64,000 nt of DNA from Raillietiella orientalis (taxonomy: Eukaryota): assembly GCA_036172245.1 (NCBI GenBank), contig JAYWIR010000036.1, positions 930,001-994,000 on the forward strand, given 5' to 3'. Below are positions 11,301 to 23,740 of the stretch, in pieces; position 1 is the stretch's first letter; each line of letters opens with the position of its first letter. The notes below the pieces were generated by a model. The model was not told the DNA's origin. It searched no databases and saw only the letters and a list, made by a program, of their open reading frames with translations. Both the position numbers and the translations under genes were made by a program.

Positions 11301-14300
11301 CGGTGTCCCGTGCCGCGGATTCACGACACGAGACACAGAACAGGACGTTTGGAATTTCAATGTGGGAAAAGCTCGTCAAATGACTTTAGGGAAGCAAAGA
11401 GGAATGCAAAGAATCACCCTCGGCTTAGTGGTGCTCGTTTTGTGCTTGCAGTGCTCGAGGTGTTTCAGCAAATAACCAAATGTTTGAAGATGGCACTCTC
11501 ATTCTTCCGCACTGGAAAATTCCACGATAATGCTCAATTTGAAAAGGGAAAGCATTTCTACGTATTCTTCCTTCTGTTTTCGTTTCTTACAGATCTGAGG
11601 AAGTACATCTTCAGCTCAAGTACCTTTCTTTCTTCCTGCAGCAAACGCAAACAAGAGTTGCTTTGATTCCAGCCGCTGCCTTGAATTTCACTTAGCATTG
11701 AAGACGATGCACACAGCACCGATCTGCAGATCCCGAGATGCAGGAAACCCAGAAAGACACCCTACATGTTTTGTGCTTTGAGCGACGGAATACCCAAAGA
11801 GTTCTGAATAGACCAATGAAAGCAGTGCAGGGTGGTATTTGAAATTTCCTGCTTGCTACGTGCTCTGCTTTTTCACTGCAGTAGAAAAGCGAGGACTGAC
11901 ATCTAGGAAAAGACTTGCTCACATGAATTCGTGGGAACTGCACTCCGAGGAGTGACAGAAGATGAAGTTTCCCGGTTCTTGTAGACACTCAATAATTTCT
12001 GAACAAAGTGATGTTTAAGGTCAAAGACGGAAGATGGAAAGAGAGAAGAAAATTTTATGAGGAAGTTATCAACAGCGGTGAGTGGAAGTCTGTTCGAAAA
12101 AGGAGAAGAAAACAAGCTGATTCCTGTCTCAGCCGCGACCAAACAGTTCTCAACTCTGAATGGTCAAGAAGTGAACCTTTCCTGACAAGGGGAAAACCTG
12201 GCCTTGGGCATGAGCTGCAACAGCGCCTCGTTTCCCGTTTCGAGATGATCCACGCAGGAAAGCAGACGCTGTGCGAACGCTGTTTTGGATCTCGGATCCA
12301 TCTGATGGGAAGGGAGGTTTTTTCGAGTCACCTTAGAAAACAGCGACCGTGATGATATGAATCTGTCCTGGTCAGTTCGCCTGACAAGAGTAGGCACCAG
12401 TGCGTGCTTCCTCTCTTGCAACTCTCACATTTTGTAGATTTCCATCCTCCAATAAGTATCTGTCTGTCTATTCCCAGACCTCTCATCTAAGCACATAGTG
12501 CAAGAAACATGGAAATTTTCCGCTTGTTTCGTCGAAGAGTTCCTTTTCCCCTCCACCTGTGTTTGTGTTCCTTTTTTTTGATTCGCTGCCAAGTTCCTGA
12601 TAATTGAAGGCCATGCTGGAACACCGATGAGGCATCCAGATGAGGCGCAGTAGAGAGGAAAATGACTCCACATTCAAAGGTGCATTTCTCCAGGCTGATT
12701 GGACTCGCAACGGACTACGCTCAGCATCTGGATGGTGCCCGAGAGCGTTCGTGGTCGAGCTTCAGGGAAGGATCTCCGGTTTCCCTGTCACTTGGCTAGC
12801 TCGAGGGCGCAGATTGCTTTTTGTCTGACTGACGCCACCGAGTGTCTTGCTACTACCTCATTCTAACTACCATTGCATTTGTCAGTCGGACTCCCGCTGG
12901 CTGCTACTATAATGCGCTCGCGGAGAATGAGAAAGGAAAGTGAAAGTGCTCCCAATGAAAAATGGAATACGGAATGGGAACATTAAGAGACGGCAAGTTC
13001 CCATCACACTGCTTATAGGTTAACGGGTCTCATGGAACTGTCCAGGACACAGAATCCTAACAAGGAGACTTTCCTAGGACGACGACAAGACGGGAAGGTC
13101 CAAGATCCGTTCAGTCTTGTACCTGAAGCGAACACCGCAGACCAGCTTGTGGATGGAGCCCTGCTTGGACAAGAGATCGGAAACGAGCACATCGTGCGGA
13201 CGAAATCGAACTGGTCGAGAGTAGGTGCAAAAGGGCTCGTCCTACAGAGGAACTTGCTTCGTAGAGCACGTGCGGCCCAACGAGGAACGAAACGGGCAAG
13301 AGCAGCAAAAAATGGGTCCTCAAAAAAAGGGAGAGACCGTACTGGAACACACCGCACGCTCCAATCACGTACTGTCCTAAATACACGTTCCTCCTTGCTG
13401 TGCAAAACTACTTAGGCTAATGGCTACAAAGTTCCTGGGAAACATTATCCTTTCAGCAACTTTTACTGCACATGTGAATGCATCCGCGGCTTTCCGGGGA
13501 ACTCGGTGATTTGTGAGAAAGTCTTTCGCACTCGATCGATTTTCGGACGACCGACGAGCTCAGACTGAGAGTCTGCCCTTCTTACCAACGAGCAGTCGAT
13601 GCCAGTTTCTTCGCGGTCATGTTCCCACGGGCTCGGCACGCGCGCGAATCGCGGTCACTTCTGCTTCCGGAAACCATCGCACGGGCAAGTCGGAGAGTAT
13701 CCTTCCACGCGTTTCCCGCCACGCAGTCAGGAACAGCGTCCAACTTGTGCTACGCAACGCTCTCGAAGGCCATTCGAGGCCGCGTCAGAGGTCACTCCTG
13801 TGCCGCGGAGTCAGAGGATTCTTGCAGATCCGCCTACCAAGTGCAGCAGTTGATAAGTGCTGCTGCGAAACTGGATCCCAACCATAGGCAGCACACAGCT
13901 TTCAGAACAGAGTTTTCTAGAGCCGGCAAAAATGGTACAAAGCCCAAGGCTGCACATCCCAACTTTGAACATCTCGAACGTGCGCTCGTTGACCACAGGA
14001 GGCGTTGCAGCGGAGGATGTTCGAACTCTCGAGGAGGGATAACTTCTCAACTCTTCAAGCCATTCGTAGGACATAGAAGGTGGTGGTTGTGCTTTGGGAA
14101 GACATCGCGAAAACCCTAGCGGAGGCGTAAACTTTTGGTATTTGAGTGATGTGAAGGGGAGTTTAAACGAATGTGGGAATCAGGTGCATTCAGGGGAAGC
14201 AAGGCTGGTTAAATTCGTAGCATCTCCCAAGAAGGCAAAAGAGCAGTGGTAGCCCAAGCAAAGAATCATGGGTGTACCCTGAAATTTTGAGGTTCCTGAG

Positions 14301-17300
14301 ACCCCAGCAGCCTTAGATCGCTTCTAAAGACCCTGTTCCACAAAAATGGGTATCGGCAAAGGGGAAGAATTTTTTCCATTTCCTGAAAACCCAGTGCACG
14401 AAGGACGATGAGTTTAAGATTTCGCTCTATCCTGGGGCACGGTTCTAAACGTGACCGCCACCATTTTTGAAACCTAACATTTGACTCATTTAAAAATCAA
14501 AGAATTCCTAGAAGACGAGAATTCTCGATGAGGAATCATCGATTTGGAAGTGAATCGATGAACCATGCATCCTAAGTGTAGTCATCCACTAAACTGTCAC
14601 AAAGCTACCAGATTTTAGTAACAGAGGCAGCAGCAGCAGCAGCAACAACAACAAAAGCCAGAATTTTCACGTAAAGTGCAATCTCGACTGATGCACTTCT
14701 CTTTTCATTTCCAAAGAGCATTGAGAGCTCCAGCGCCACACATATGCACGCTTGGCAGCACCAAGGTCGAACTTCAGAGTCGAGAAATGATCGTGCGAGA
14801 ATCCCTCTCTGAAATGCCTGGGGACGTGGTCCTCGGATGTACGTGGAGGCCGAGCATCTGCGAGTGCCTGTCCACGGACGCTTTTCCGACAATTTGGAAA
14901 AAGCTAGGGTAATCCTTCTGGTTGACTCTTTTTGGCTCGATAGCGAAAAGGGATGTACCAAAAAGAGGACTATTTTGTCAACTGCGACGATTCTTTAGAC
15001 AGATACTCTGGCCAGATAGAGATACTTCCAGAAGTCTGCTTCTTTGCTTTAGCGGTGTGCTCGTGCTGTTGGTTGTGTCTCGCAGAGAACAAGGCGAAAC
15101 CTGTATTGATGGTCCATCCGCTTTGTCCAGGAGACTTTTACTTGTCCGGCGTCTTAACTCTTCATCCAACGATTCACAAGAATACAGAAAAAGACACTAA
15201 ACAGAAATCGCTATATAATATATTTTCAGAGTGGGTTTTCCCATCTCATCGTGTTGTTACGGAGACCACACAGGAATCTTGTGATTAGCAATTAACACGT
15301 GATCTACAGTATTTTAACTGTCTGTGTTCATCGTCTGCTTTCCTAGAGACAACGTGCAGACACCGTGGATCTCGTTGCTTCGCTTGTTTTTCTAGATCAG
15401 ATTTTCAAACCCAAAAGGTTATTAATTAGCGTCACGGAATATTTGAAAGCGAAAAATATGAAATCAAATGGGAATGGACATCTGGTAGCCATGGGGGCTG
15501 AACAGGTCTCTTTCGTGCAACGCTTACGGACACATTAAACTCCAAGGTCGGCTTCTGTTCTTCGCTATAGCAGCAGACGTTGTTCCATACACGTGCTGCA
15601 AGGATGCTGGAACCGCTCATTCAGACCAATGTCTGCTTTCCGGGTTCATAGTGTACACACCCTTGGAACCGAATTGGTTCCCGCAAAACAGAACGAGCAC
15701 AAAGCGTTCTTCTTCAGAAATGACAGCTGTGAATTCTACGACTTAAAAGAAGTGAACTGCTTAGAAACAAGCGCTCATGACGGTGGTATTTCCTTCGTGC
15801 AGATCAAGTGTAGAAAGCTGACGAGGTTACAGATTTGGAGCATAAGATCATCGTGCAATGCCTTTCTTCTTTTTTTGAACTGAATGGTCAGTGCTCGTCT
15901 TCAGATTCAAGGCTTCTTCATTCCAGGGAAGCTTTGGAAAGCTTTATTTAGAGCTTTGGAAAGGTTATGCTTATGACGTGAAATGATGCTTTATGACGTA
16001 AAAGGGACGTAGAAAACTCATGTCCCAGATGTCCAAACTCCCATTCCAAGCCCTAATTCCTGGGATTCTTATCATAAGTTATTTACAGGTTCTCAAAAGA
16101 ACCTCCGACGTTTGAAAGACATGCGAAATGTCATCTTTATGGAGGGATTCCAAAAGGGTGGATATTTTCCTCTAGGAGATTCTGCTTTCCCAGAGCTGTA
16201 CCACCATTCTCCAGGTAAGATGAGCGAGGCTACTATTCCTCAATAAAAGACAGTATCCAGAAAATCCAGAAGTGCGCAAGGGGGGGAGAGGAGGAGAAAG
16301 GAATCGATCTTGGAATAAGAAGAGATTTTCCCAGATGACTTTCGAAGATAAAGGAGTTGAGACTTTTCGGAAAGATTAACTTCAGGTGAGTTCCGAGAGA
16401 ATCCATTCCACACATTTGCGGGCATCCGACGGAAATCTTTTCGAGATCACTATTATTATTTTGAAAATTCGTTCCCTATACCACTGTAATTGTGTGAATT
16501 TATTTCCAGACAAGTTTTCCCCACTCCTGCAATCATTTCTACGTCTTCACTCATGAGGCAGATATCGTTTCCGTTCCCATGGAACTGATACTGTTCCATG
16601 CAGTTAATTGGAAATGTTCAACACCCAAAAGACTGTTATTTTGGGATTGTTTTTTTATCTTAGGCTTCAGGTACCTTGCAACAACAACAACAAAAACAAC
16701 AACAAAGAAGAAGAAGAAGAAGCAGTAATGACTCGCAAGATGACTGCTGTGGCCATTGTCTGGATTAAAATTAGTCAGTATTTTTAGATGTTCAGCATCT
16801 TTCTTTGCTTTTCTCTGGCATCTTAGACCAGGTTTTAGTTTTTTATTAAACGGAGAGAGGCCAAGCAGTGAGAGAGTGGATTAATCATTCAAGAACTTCC
16901 GTTAACCATGTGATCTCGGCTGGAAACATCACATGAGGGAGCAGCACTACTTTTCGATTCTTTTTTTAGAGACAGCTGAAAGATAGCAGTGCGATGTGTC
17001 TCCTGTTTCGTTTCACTTAATGAATTGGATTGGCATGATTCAAAACATTCATTACTTATTCGATCAATCAATTGGGTCGGGATTTAAAATTGTAAAAGGC
17101 CGTTGGATTCATATGTCATCCTCATCCCCTCTATACATGGATGAATGATGACATTTGAAGTCAGTACCAGAACTTTTGCTACAAGTACACCTATTCAACT
17201 ATGTATGCGTATGTATGTGTGTACAATATATATACTCATTGGTAATGTAAGTTATTCACAAGTAATAAGGATAAATTAAAACTAAACAAATAAGATAAAA

Positions 17301-17313
17301 GAGTGCTACTTAC

Positions 17314-17527
17314 TGCTATGACCAGTATCAGCAGAAAGACACCCAATAATTTGTCAAATATCAGTGGACCCTTAAAAACGACATGGATGGAGAAGAAGAA
17401 AAAAAAAAATACATGGAATACTTACGACGAGGAGATAAACAATACTTAAAAGGATGCATCCTTTTCTCAAGTCAAGTCCAAGGATGTCCCTCTTAAGAGG
17501 CAAGCTTTCCCTTTGCTGTCTGTCCAT
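17314..17527 (-). CDS. Exons 1-2 of four-TM paralog B
   Basis: Exon 17527-17426 encodes MDRQQRESLPLKRDILGLDLRKGCILLSIVYLLV and is followed by GTAAGT and a 55-nt intron. Exon 17370-17314 is exactly 57 nt (GPLIFDKLLGVFLLILVIA) and is followed by GTAAGT. It is clearly homologous to paralog C exon 2 (GSLMIDKLMATILIIALLL). Confidence 0.82.
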
Positions 17528-19029
17528 GTTTACACAGACAGTATTGAAATCAATGCTTTGCAAGCTATCGAATTCATCGAAGAGTCTTAGAACTGCTAAA
17601 TTTTTCAATCGTCGGACGAAAACTGAAAATCATCTTTCCACAATAAAAAAAAAAAAAAAAAAAAAAAAACAGCAAAAAAGCAAAAAAAACAAAAAAGGAA
17701 AACTGTTTGACCAGATTTTGTTGACCGATACGTCCGTTGTCCTAGCAACAGCAATAACGGAAAACAAACAAACAGCCCAAAAGCAAGTTCTTCGGCCATG
17801 AGGAGGAGGCAAGCCGTTTGAGAGCGAAAGAGCGCCCCCAACGAATCAGCGACAATCTGCATCATTAATTAGGAATCGTCAGTGTGGATTGCCGGCGTCC
17901 ATCGCTGGGTGACTGGCTGCTGGAATGGATCGTTCCGGGGGGGAAGGGGGAATCGCAGCTACCGCGCAGGGAGTGCCTTGGTCCGGGCCCAGTTTGGAAT
18001 GTCCCGGATCTTCCCAGACGGATCCACCCGAGCTTTCCTCTCCGAGGAGCGCACCGCAGCGCACCTCCGAGAGGCCAAACCGAACGCGCGTTCGGTTGAC
18101 GCGTTTATTTTTACGAAAGAGTACAGACAGACACCCGACCTAGCAATTTGGATGGGTGGCTGAGGGGGCCGATAAAAGTTTCCCCCTGAGTGCGCGCGCG
18201 CGCGCGTGTTTGTGTTGTACCCCCTCCCCCTCCCCAAGAAAAAAAAAAAACCAAAAGGCGGGATTAATAGTTTCCGCTGGAAACACCCATCCGGAAGAAA
18301 CTTTTTGGTCGCAGGAAGCAATACCGCGGGCGGGGGGTGATTTCGCTCCCTGGAAGGAAGCCTGGTCCCTTTCCTTCCGGCTAGATGTGCGCACCTCAGC
18401 AGAAAGTAGTAAGCTCCCCCCTGTTCGCCGAATCCTCCGCCCCGGACCCATCGTGTCACCGCAGGCTGATAGAGAGAGAGTCCTCGCTGCGACGAAAGGG
18501 ACCTCGAGCTGCGACCGCACTCGAGAGGCCGGGGGAGGCTGGCTCGAGGACAGCGAGATGAGCCGAGTCCCGAGTGGTTTCCTGTGATCAGCGCTGCTTC
18601 AGCAAGTTTCCAGGGATTCCCATCCTTAGAGCGGCGGACGAGGAGAGGCTGCTCACGCGGCTTGTTTGCGGGGAAGGAACGACCGCCAGCCCTCCGTCTC
18701 GGTGCCGAACCCTCGTCTCCCGCGCGTCCCACGTTCGAACTGCTTCTTCGGGTCCGTTTGTCCCGGGTTTCAGAGTCAGCTGGATGTGCCCCCTCGAGCA
18801 TTTCGTTGCCTGCCGTCCTTTCGGATGAAGCTGCGTCCAAAGGGTGGTCGCGGTCGACTCGGAATGACCGTCCATCCGGTGCGCCTCTTTCATTATTGAA
18901 ACTCGGGCTGCCGATCCTCTGCTCCGCTGCCGTCGGGCACGACGATTCGTGCCCCCAGTGCTAACGGGCCGACCTCTTTCCGCGAACCGCCGACGTTTGC
19001 CGCAGTGGGGCGGCAGCCGCCGGGTCGAT

Positions 19030-19200
19030 GCCGAAGAAGATAAAGCCGATGATGAAGATGAAGGCGAACGTAAAAATGAAGATGATGATGATGATGAAGA
19101 TGACGATGAAGGCGAAGGTAAAAATGAAGAACATGAAGATGATGAAGCCGATGATGAAGAAGATGAAGGTGAAGATAAAAATGAAGAGGGCGCTATTGAA
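19030..19200. repeat. (GAT/GAA)n low-complexity tract with three higher-order units
   Basis: GAAGG[CT]GAA..TAAAAATGAAGA recurs three times within GAT runs. Confidence 0.85.
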
Positions 19201-19884
19201 GCAAGAAGAACCAACCCGAAGGATGACCCACAACCCTCGCTGAGAGGTACTGGAGTATGATCTGCCTCCACGTGCATCCGAGGACCATTGTGCCCGGACA
19301 TTGCGAAAGGCTCACAAGAGGGAGGTTTCCTCAGATGAAAAGCATGGTGGCGGACCGAAGAGAGCTCCAGTGGGCCGGGTCTGGACCGCTCTTCGGAGGC
19401 CTCCTGGGTCCAGCATCTTCCTGCCCTTCAGAAGCGGCACTCTGCGTCGGCCAGGATCCTGTCGGAGGGGGTGGGTGGGTGCGAATCGTCGTGTCGAACG
19501 CGCGCCCCCTGCTGGAATACTGCGATGCTGCCATCTGGCTGGGGAGCTCTGGGAGGGGGAAGAAGAGAGGGAGGAGAGGAGAGGGAAGAGGTATGCCCCC
19601 TTCTCTCCTTCCCCGTGCCGCCGCTCCTCGCGTCGAAACGGTTTCCAGGGCGTCAAGAGGAGGGCCCTCGGCTGCCCCGACTCCTTCCGAGCTCGAGAGC
19701 CGCTGGCGACGCCGAGTGGGCGCGCCCTCGGCCGAAAAGGCCGCCCCTCCCTCCCTCGCGGAAGCTTTTTCGATCGCGAACCGGCCGGAGGAACTTTCCG
19801 GGCCTGCGAGCCGCCCTCCGGGACCCTGCGAACGAGGCGTGCGGGACTCTCGGTTTTATTTATTGTTCTTCCCGCAGCGCGGCG

Positions 19885-20404
19885 TCACCGGCGCTCGGAG
19901 TAGATCTGGAGGTACGAGTAGGTGACCACGACGAGGTGGAGCTCCAGCAGGATGTTGAAGAACGCCGCCATGTACATCGTGACGCCCAGGTAGATGGCTG
20001 TCTCGCTGTCCAGGACCTTCCCCGTGTCCTGCTGGTACCTCTTCAGCTGGAAAGGGATGATAAGGGGGGATATGATGAGGATGAGCACGTCCAGGATGAT
20101 CTTGACGTCCATGGCGAGTATCCAGCCGTCGACGAGTCCCCTCCTTTTCTTGAGAGGGGACGGGTATGAGAGGGAGGGGAGACGGCCAAGGGGCAGGGCG
20201 GGCTTACCAGAAGCAGTGCGATAATGAGGATGGTGGCCATGAGCTTGTCGATCATCAGGGATCCCTGGGTGCACAGAGTAGGGGGCGAAGGAGGGGAATG
20301 GGAGCATGGCTTACCAGCAGCAGGTAGAGGAGCGACAGCAGGACCAGTCCGTTGCCGACGCTCAGGCAGAAGACGGAGCGGACCAGAGGCTCTGTGCGCG
20401 CCAT
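19885..20404 (-). CDS. Small four-TM membrane protein, LAPTM4/DUF4728-like, paralog C (136 aa)
   Basis: Exons are 20404-20315 (MARTEPLVRSVFCLSVGNGLVLLSLLYLLL), 20264-20208 (57 nt, GSLMIDKLMATILIIALLL) and 20148-19885 (KRRGLVDGWILAMDVKIILDVL...LELHLVVVTYSYLQIYSERR*). Both donors are GTAAGC, the introns are 50 and 59 nt and phase 0, and overlapping minus-strand AATAAA signals lie at 19855-19864. Confidence 0.85.
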
Positions 20405-21429
20405 CTCACTCGTCTCCTTCGCGGCGGCAGGCGAGGTGAAGGACCACCTGAGTGTAGGGGGTGACCGGACCCGCTGCTGCACTTCGAGCTGCTCCCGTCC
20501 TAGGAGAAGCTAGCGACGGAAAAACAAAAAAACAAAAACAAAACAAAAACAAAAAAAACGAAAGGAAAGAAGAAAAAAAAGCAAGGAGGCCAAACGAAAC
20601 CACCCGAGTTGCTGGGCAACGGTCCCACGACTATTGTTCTGTGCTCACTCCACTTTGTTTTTCTCTTTTTCCTCCCCCTCCCCTTCTTGCCACGCTTTCC
20701 CCCCTTGAGGAGGGGGTTCCACTCTCGCCGCGCGCACAGCCTCGGACGTCGGACATCTTGTCGCCCGTTTTCTCTCGGATCATGGAAGCCGACGGTGAGC
20801 TGGGACCGGGCGGCCACCCAATCCAGGAGCCCCCGTGATGCTGCACCCCGGAAAATGAGCGCCTCGGGTCTAAATTCATCCGAAATGAGCGTCCGACGCA
20901 GCCCTTGGCGTCCCCCCCCGTCCGATCGGGGCGGCCCGGCGTCTGCCACTCCACCATGGCAAATGCCGGCGGTTCGCGGAGGCCGCGGCTCCGCGCTTTC
21001 CCTCAAAGTCTGCCAGGTGGGAGCGCTGCTTCCGCCGGAGTTCCCTGCTCCCTGTGGGACGTTCAGCACTGTCGGCAGGGCAACGCGGCTCTTCGTGGAA
21101 GGTGGGCGATGGCCGTGTGTGTGTGGAGGGGTGATTCCAGCCGACATGGCTACCGGTTTCGGGTTCGCTTTTACCCGACCGCCTACGCAGGCTGGCATTC
21201 CCTCCCGTTCCTGGATACGTCGAAGGATCGGTGCTTTCGTCCGGCCTCCCCTGAGGATCGCCGAGGGTTTGCACGGAGGCGACGTTCCGCGCACGAGACG
21301 ACGGACACCCGAGGGGCGATTTCCGGCTGCGCCGTCCTCCACCGGGGACCCGCGGGGAGGGGATCTTTCGTGGTCCGGCTGCTTGGAGGGAGCGCTGCCC
21401 AGCGCTCCCTCCAAGCGCAGACAGTGGAA

Positions 21430-21760
21430 GAGCAGGAGGAGGACGACAGCGACGATGATGAAGATGATTAGGATGACAGTGGAGAAGAAGGCATGATGAC
21501 GATGCTGGGAGCGAATCATAATAATAATACTAAGATGATGACAATAAGGATGATGATAAAGAAGATGAAGAGGAATAGGAAAAGAAAGAAGAAGATGGAG
21601 AAGAGCAAGAGTAAGAGGGAGAAGATGAAGAGACGGAGGAGGAGGAGAACGACGACGAGGATGACGATGAATAATAACATTAAGGAAGAGAATTTTAACA
21701 TTAAGGAAGAGATGAAGACGTTGTTATTGATGAGGAGGAGAAGGAGGGGGAGACCGAGAA
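21430..21760. repeat. (GAT/GAG/AAG)n purine-rich low-complexity tract
   Basis: Directly visible. Confidence 0.8.
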
Positions 21761-22143
21761 GGGGTGGCTACGGCGTTGGCAGCAGCTCCCAGCGCAGGCG
21801 GCTTGCTGGTCCTCAGACAGCAGTCTCCGGTCGCTTGTGTGGCGGGTGCCGGCGAGGGCTGCCGACTGCCTTTGGGTGGCTGCAGGCCTGCGAGAGCAGG
21901 TTGGGGTCTCTCCACCGGCGGAGCGGCGTGCGCTGTGAACGTGCTCCTGGGCACAGAGTACGCCCGATCCTCGGACCCGGTCCTCTGGGGTCGTTCCGTT
22001 TGCTCTGGGGACACGAATCGCCGTGCCATTTCGATTCCTACCTCCACCCTTTTCCGCCTTCCGGAGAAGTCGGGTCGCTCCGATTGGCGCGCTGAGGTCT
22101 TGTCTTCGGGATCACTCCACTCGCCATCCGTTGAGTAGGGGAT

Positions 22144-22212
22144 TTCTAACCCAGTCACGCCGGGGCGTTTATTCCATGTGAACATCAAGATTACAGAAAA
22201 TAAGAGGGGATA
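22144..22212 (-). mobile_element. 69-bp retroposon 3' end flanked by a perfect 11-bp target-site duplication
   Basis: GAGTAGGGGAT occurs at 22133-22143 and 22213-22223. The minus-strand insert ends AATAAACGCCCCGGCGTGACTGGGTTAGAA. Confidence 0.72.
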
Positions 22213-22590
22213 GAGTAGGGGATCGAGTGGAGAGAGGAGGGAGGAAGGGGGGGGGGGAGATGTCGAAAAGGAGTTGCAGCGCTGGTCAGTGAGGAGAAAA
22301 GTTTACCCACCTCTCGGTCGCCTGGGTGGCGTTGGCAACTCCAAGATAAGCGTACAAGACAGCTGCCGAAGGAGCACTACGTGCCCCAGGCTATGAACAG
22401 GCGCCTCCTTCTCCTTCCTCCTCCCTTCCCTCCTCTTGTCTTCCTTCTCCTTTCCTTTCTCCCTTCCTCCTCTTCTCCTCCATCTCCTTCCTTCTCCCTC
22501 CTTTTCTTCCTTCCTTCCTTTTTCTCATTCCTTCTCCTTCTTTTCTTCTTCCCTCCCCCCTTCTCCTCTCTTCCTCTTCCCCTTCGTCCT

Positions 22591-22874
22591 TCCCTCCTTC
22601 GAGGCGCTCGCTCGCACGGGGGCAGAAACAACCTGGAAAAGAACGAGCGACGTGACACTGCGGGGGAGGAAAGTTAGTCTTTGTCAGGGGACAGGAAAGG
22701 ATCTCCAAATTCCTGGGCGATGCTGGGTCTCGGGGAAGGGAGGGGGAACCTTCGTGACCTCTCCCGCAGCTCTGATGAGGGTACGCGTTGGCACCACACG
22801 CTGATCTCGAGGTCTCCCAGTCGCTACCTCCAGGAGAGGAAATTTTCCGCTCCCCCGCCATCGGGGGGAGCCCG
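22591..22874. repeat. 284-bp direct repeat, copy 1
   Basis: Ungapped match to 25119-25402 (offset 2528), with about 10 mismatches by manual count. Confidence 0.95.
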
Positions 22875-23740
22875 GCTCATCGGTCACGCAGGGCTCCAGT
22901 CGGTCTGCTGGCGCCCTCCGCCCGCTCTTGGCACGCCATCTGGAACCGCATTTTCGGGCTCTCCTTTCCGGCAAGGTCTCCTGCTTTTCGAGTGCTCCAG
23001 GACTTCCCCGGGTTCACCCCGGAGGAGAAGCGACTTGTGGGAGGACTAGCCCCCTTTCTGTCCTTCCTGGTCCTTTCGGGGAGCTCGGAAGGCTGAAAGT
23101 GGACCTACCGCGGGCAAGGAAGAGATCGAATCGGTGATCGCTCTGCGCCTCGGGCATGCCGGGGCTGTAGGGGGGCCAGAGCAGAGGCACCCGAAGGCGG
23201 ATCGCGGATGCCTTGCAGGAGAGGAAGGCAGTAGATGCGGCCACTTTCCACGGAGCCACTTTCCGGTCGGCGGCCGTTGGGGGACGTTGGGCTCCGACGT
23301 TTCGCCACCACAGGGGCGGGCCGCTCCCCCGCCTTGCCCGCTGCTTCGGAGCGTGCTGAGGGCGCAGTCCATCGGTGCCACGGGCGTCGCTCCCTGCTGT
23401 CGCAGCCTCCCCCGAGAAGCGGACGCCGGGACGGTGGCCGGGTATTCCCTGAGCTCTTGCTTCGCCCTTGCCGCGCCCTCCCTCGTCTCGGCTTCGGGAG
23501 CGATCCCCTCCGCTCGAAGGTTCCCCTCTCATTTCCACCCGCCTCCTCGCGCTTCCCGGGAACCGGCGGCAGGAGGCCTCCCGACAACCCCCGACCGGAG
23601 AATTTCCTTTTATTGCTGTTCCTCGCGAGGGGCGCCGGATCGTGCGCAGGGGCCGCTTCGCTCCCTTTTCTAGGTTGGACCTGGCCTCTGTCCTTCCGCG
23701 GCGCGCAGCTCGGCGCGGAGACTCCAGTTGCTCCGCTCCT

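Noticed and set aside
18949..19260. Asp/Glu-rich ORF resembling an acidic chaperone tract
   Set aside because: It is explained by the trinucleotide low-complexity repeat, and I found no splice or domain support.
22770..22850. CTGATGAG hammerhead core-like motif (also at ~25300 and ~28029)
   Set aside because: No properly paired stem II followed by GAAA and stem III could be built.
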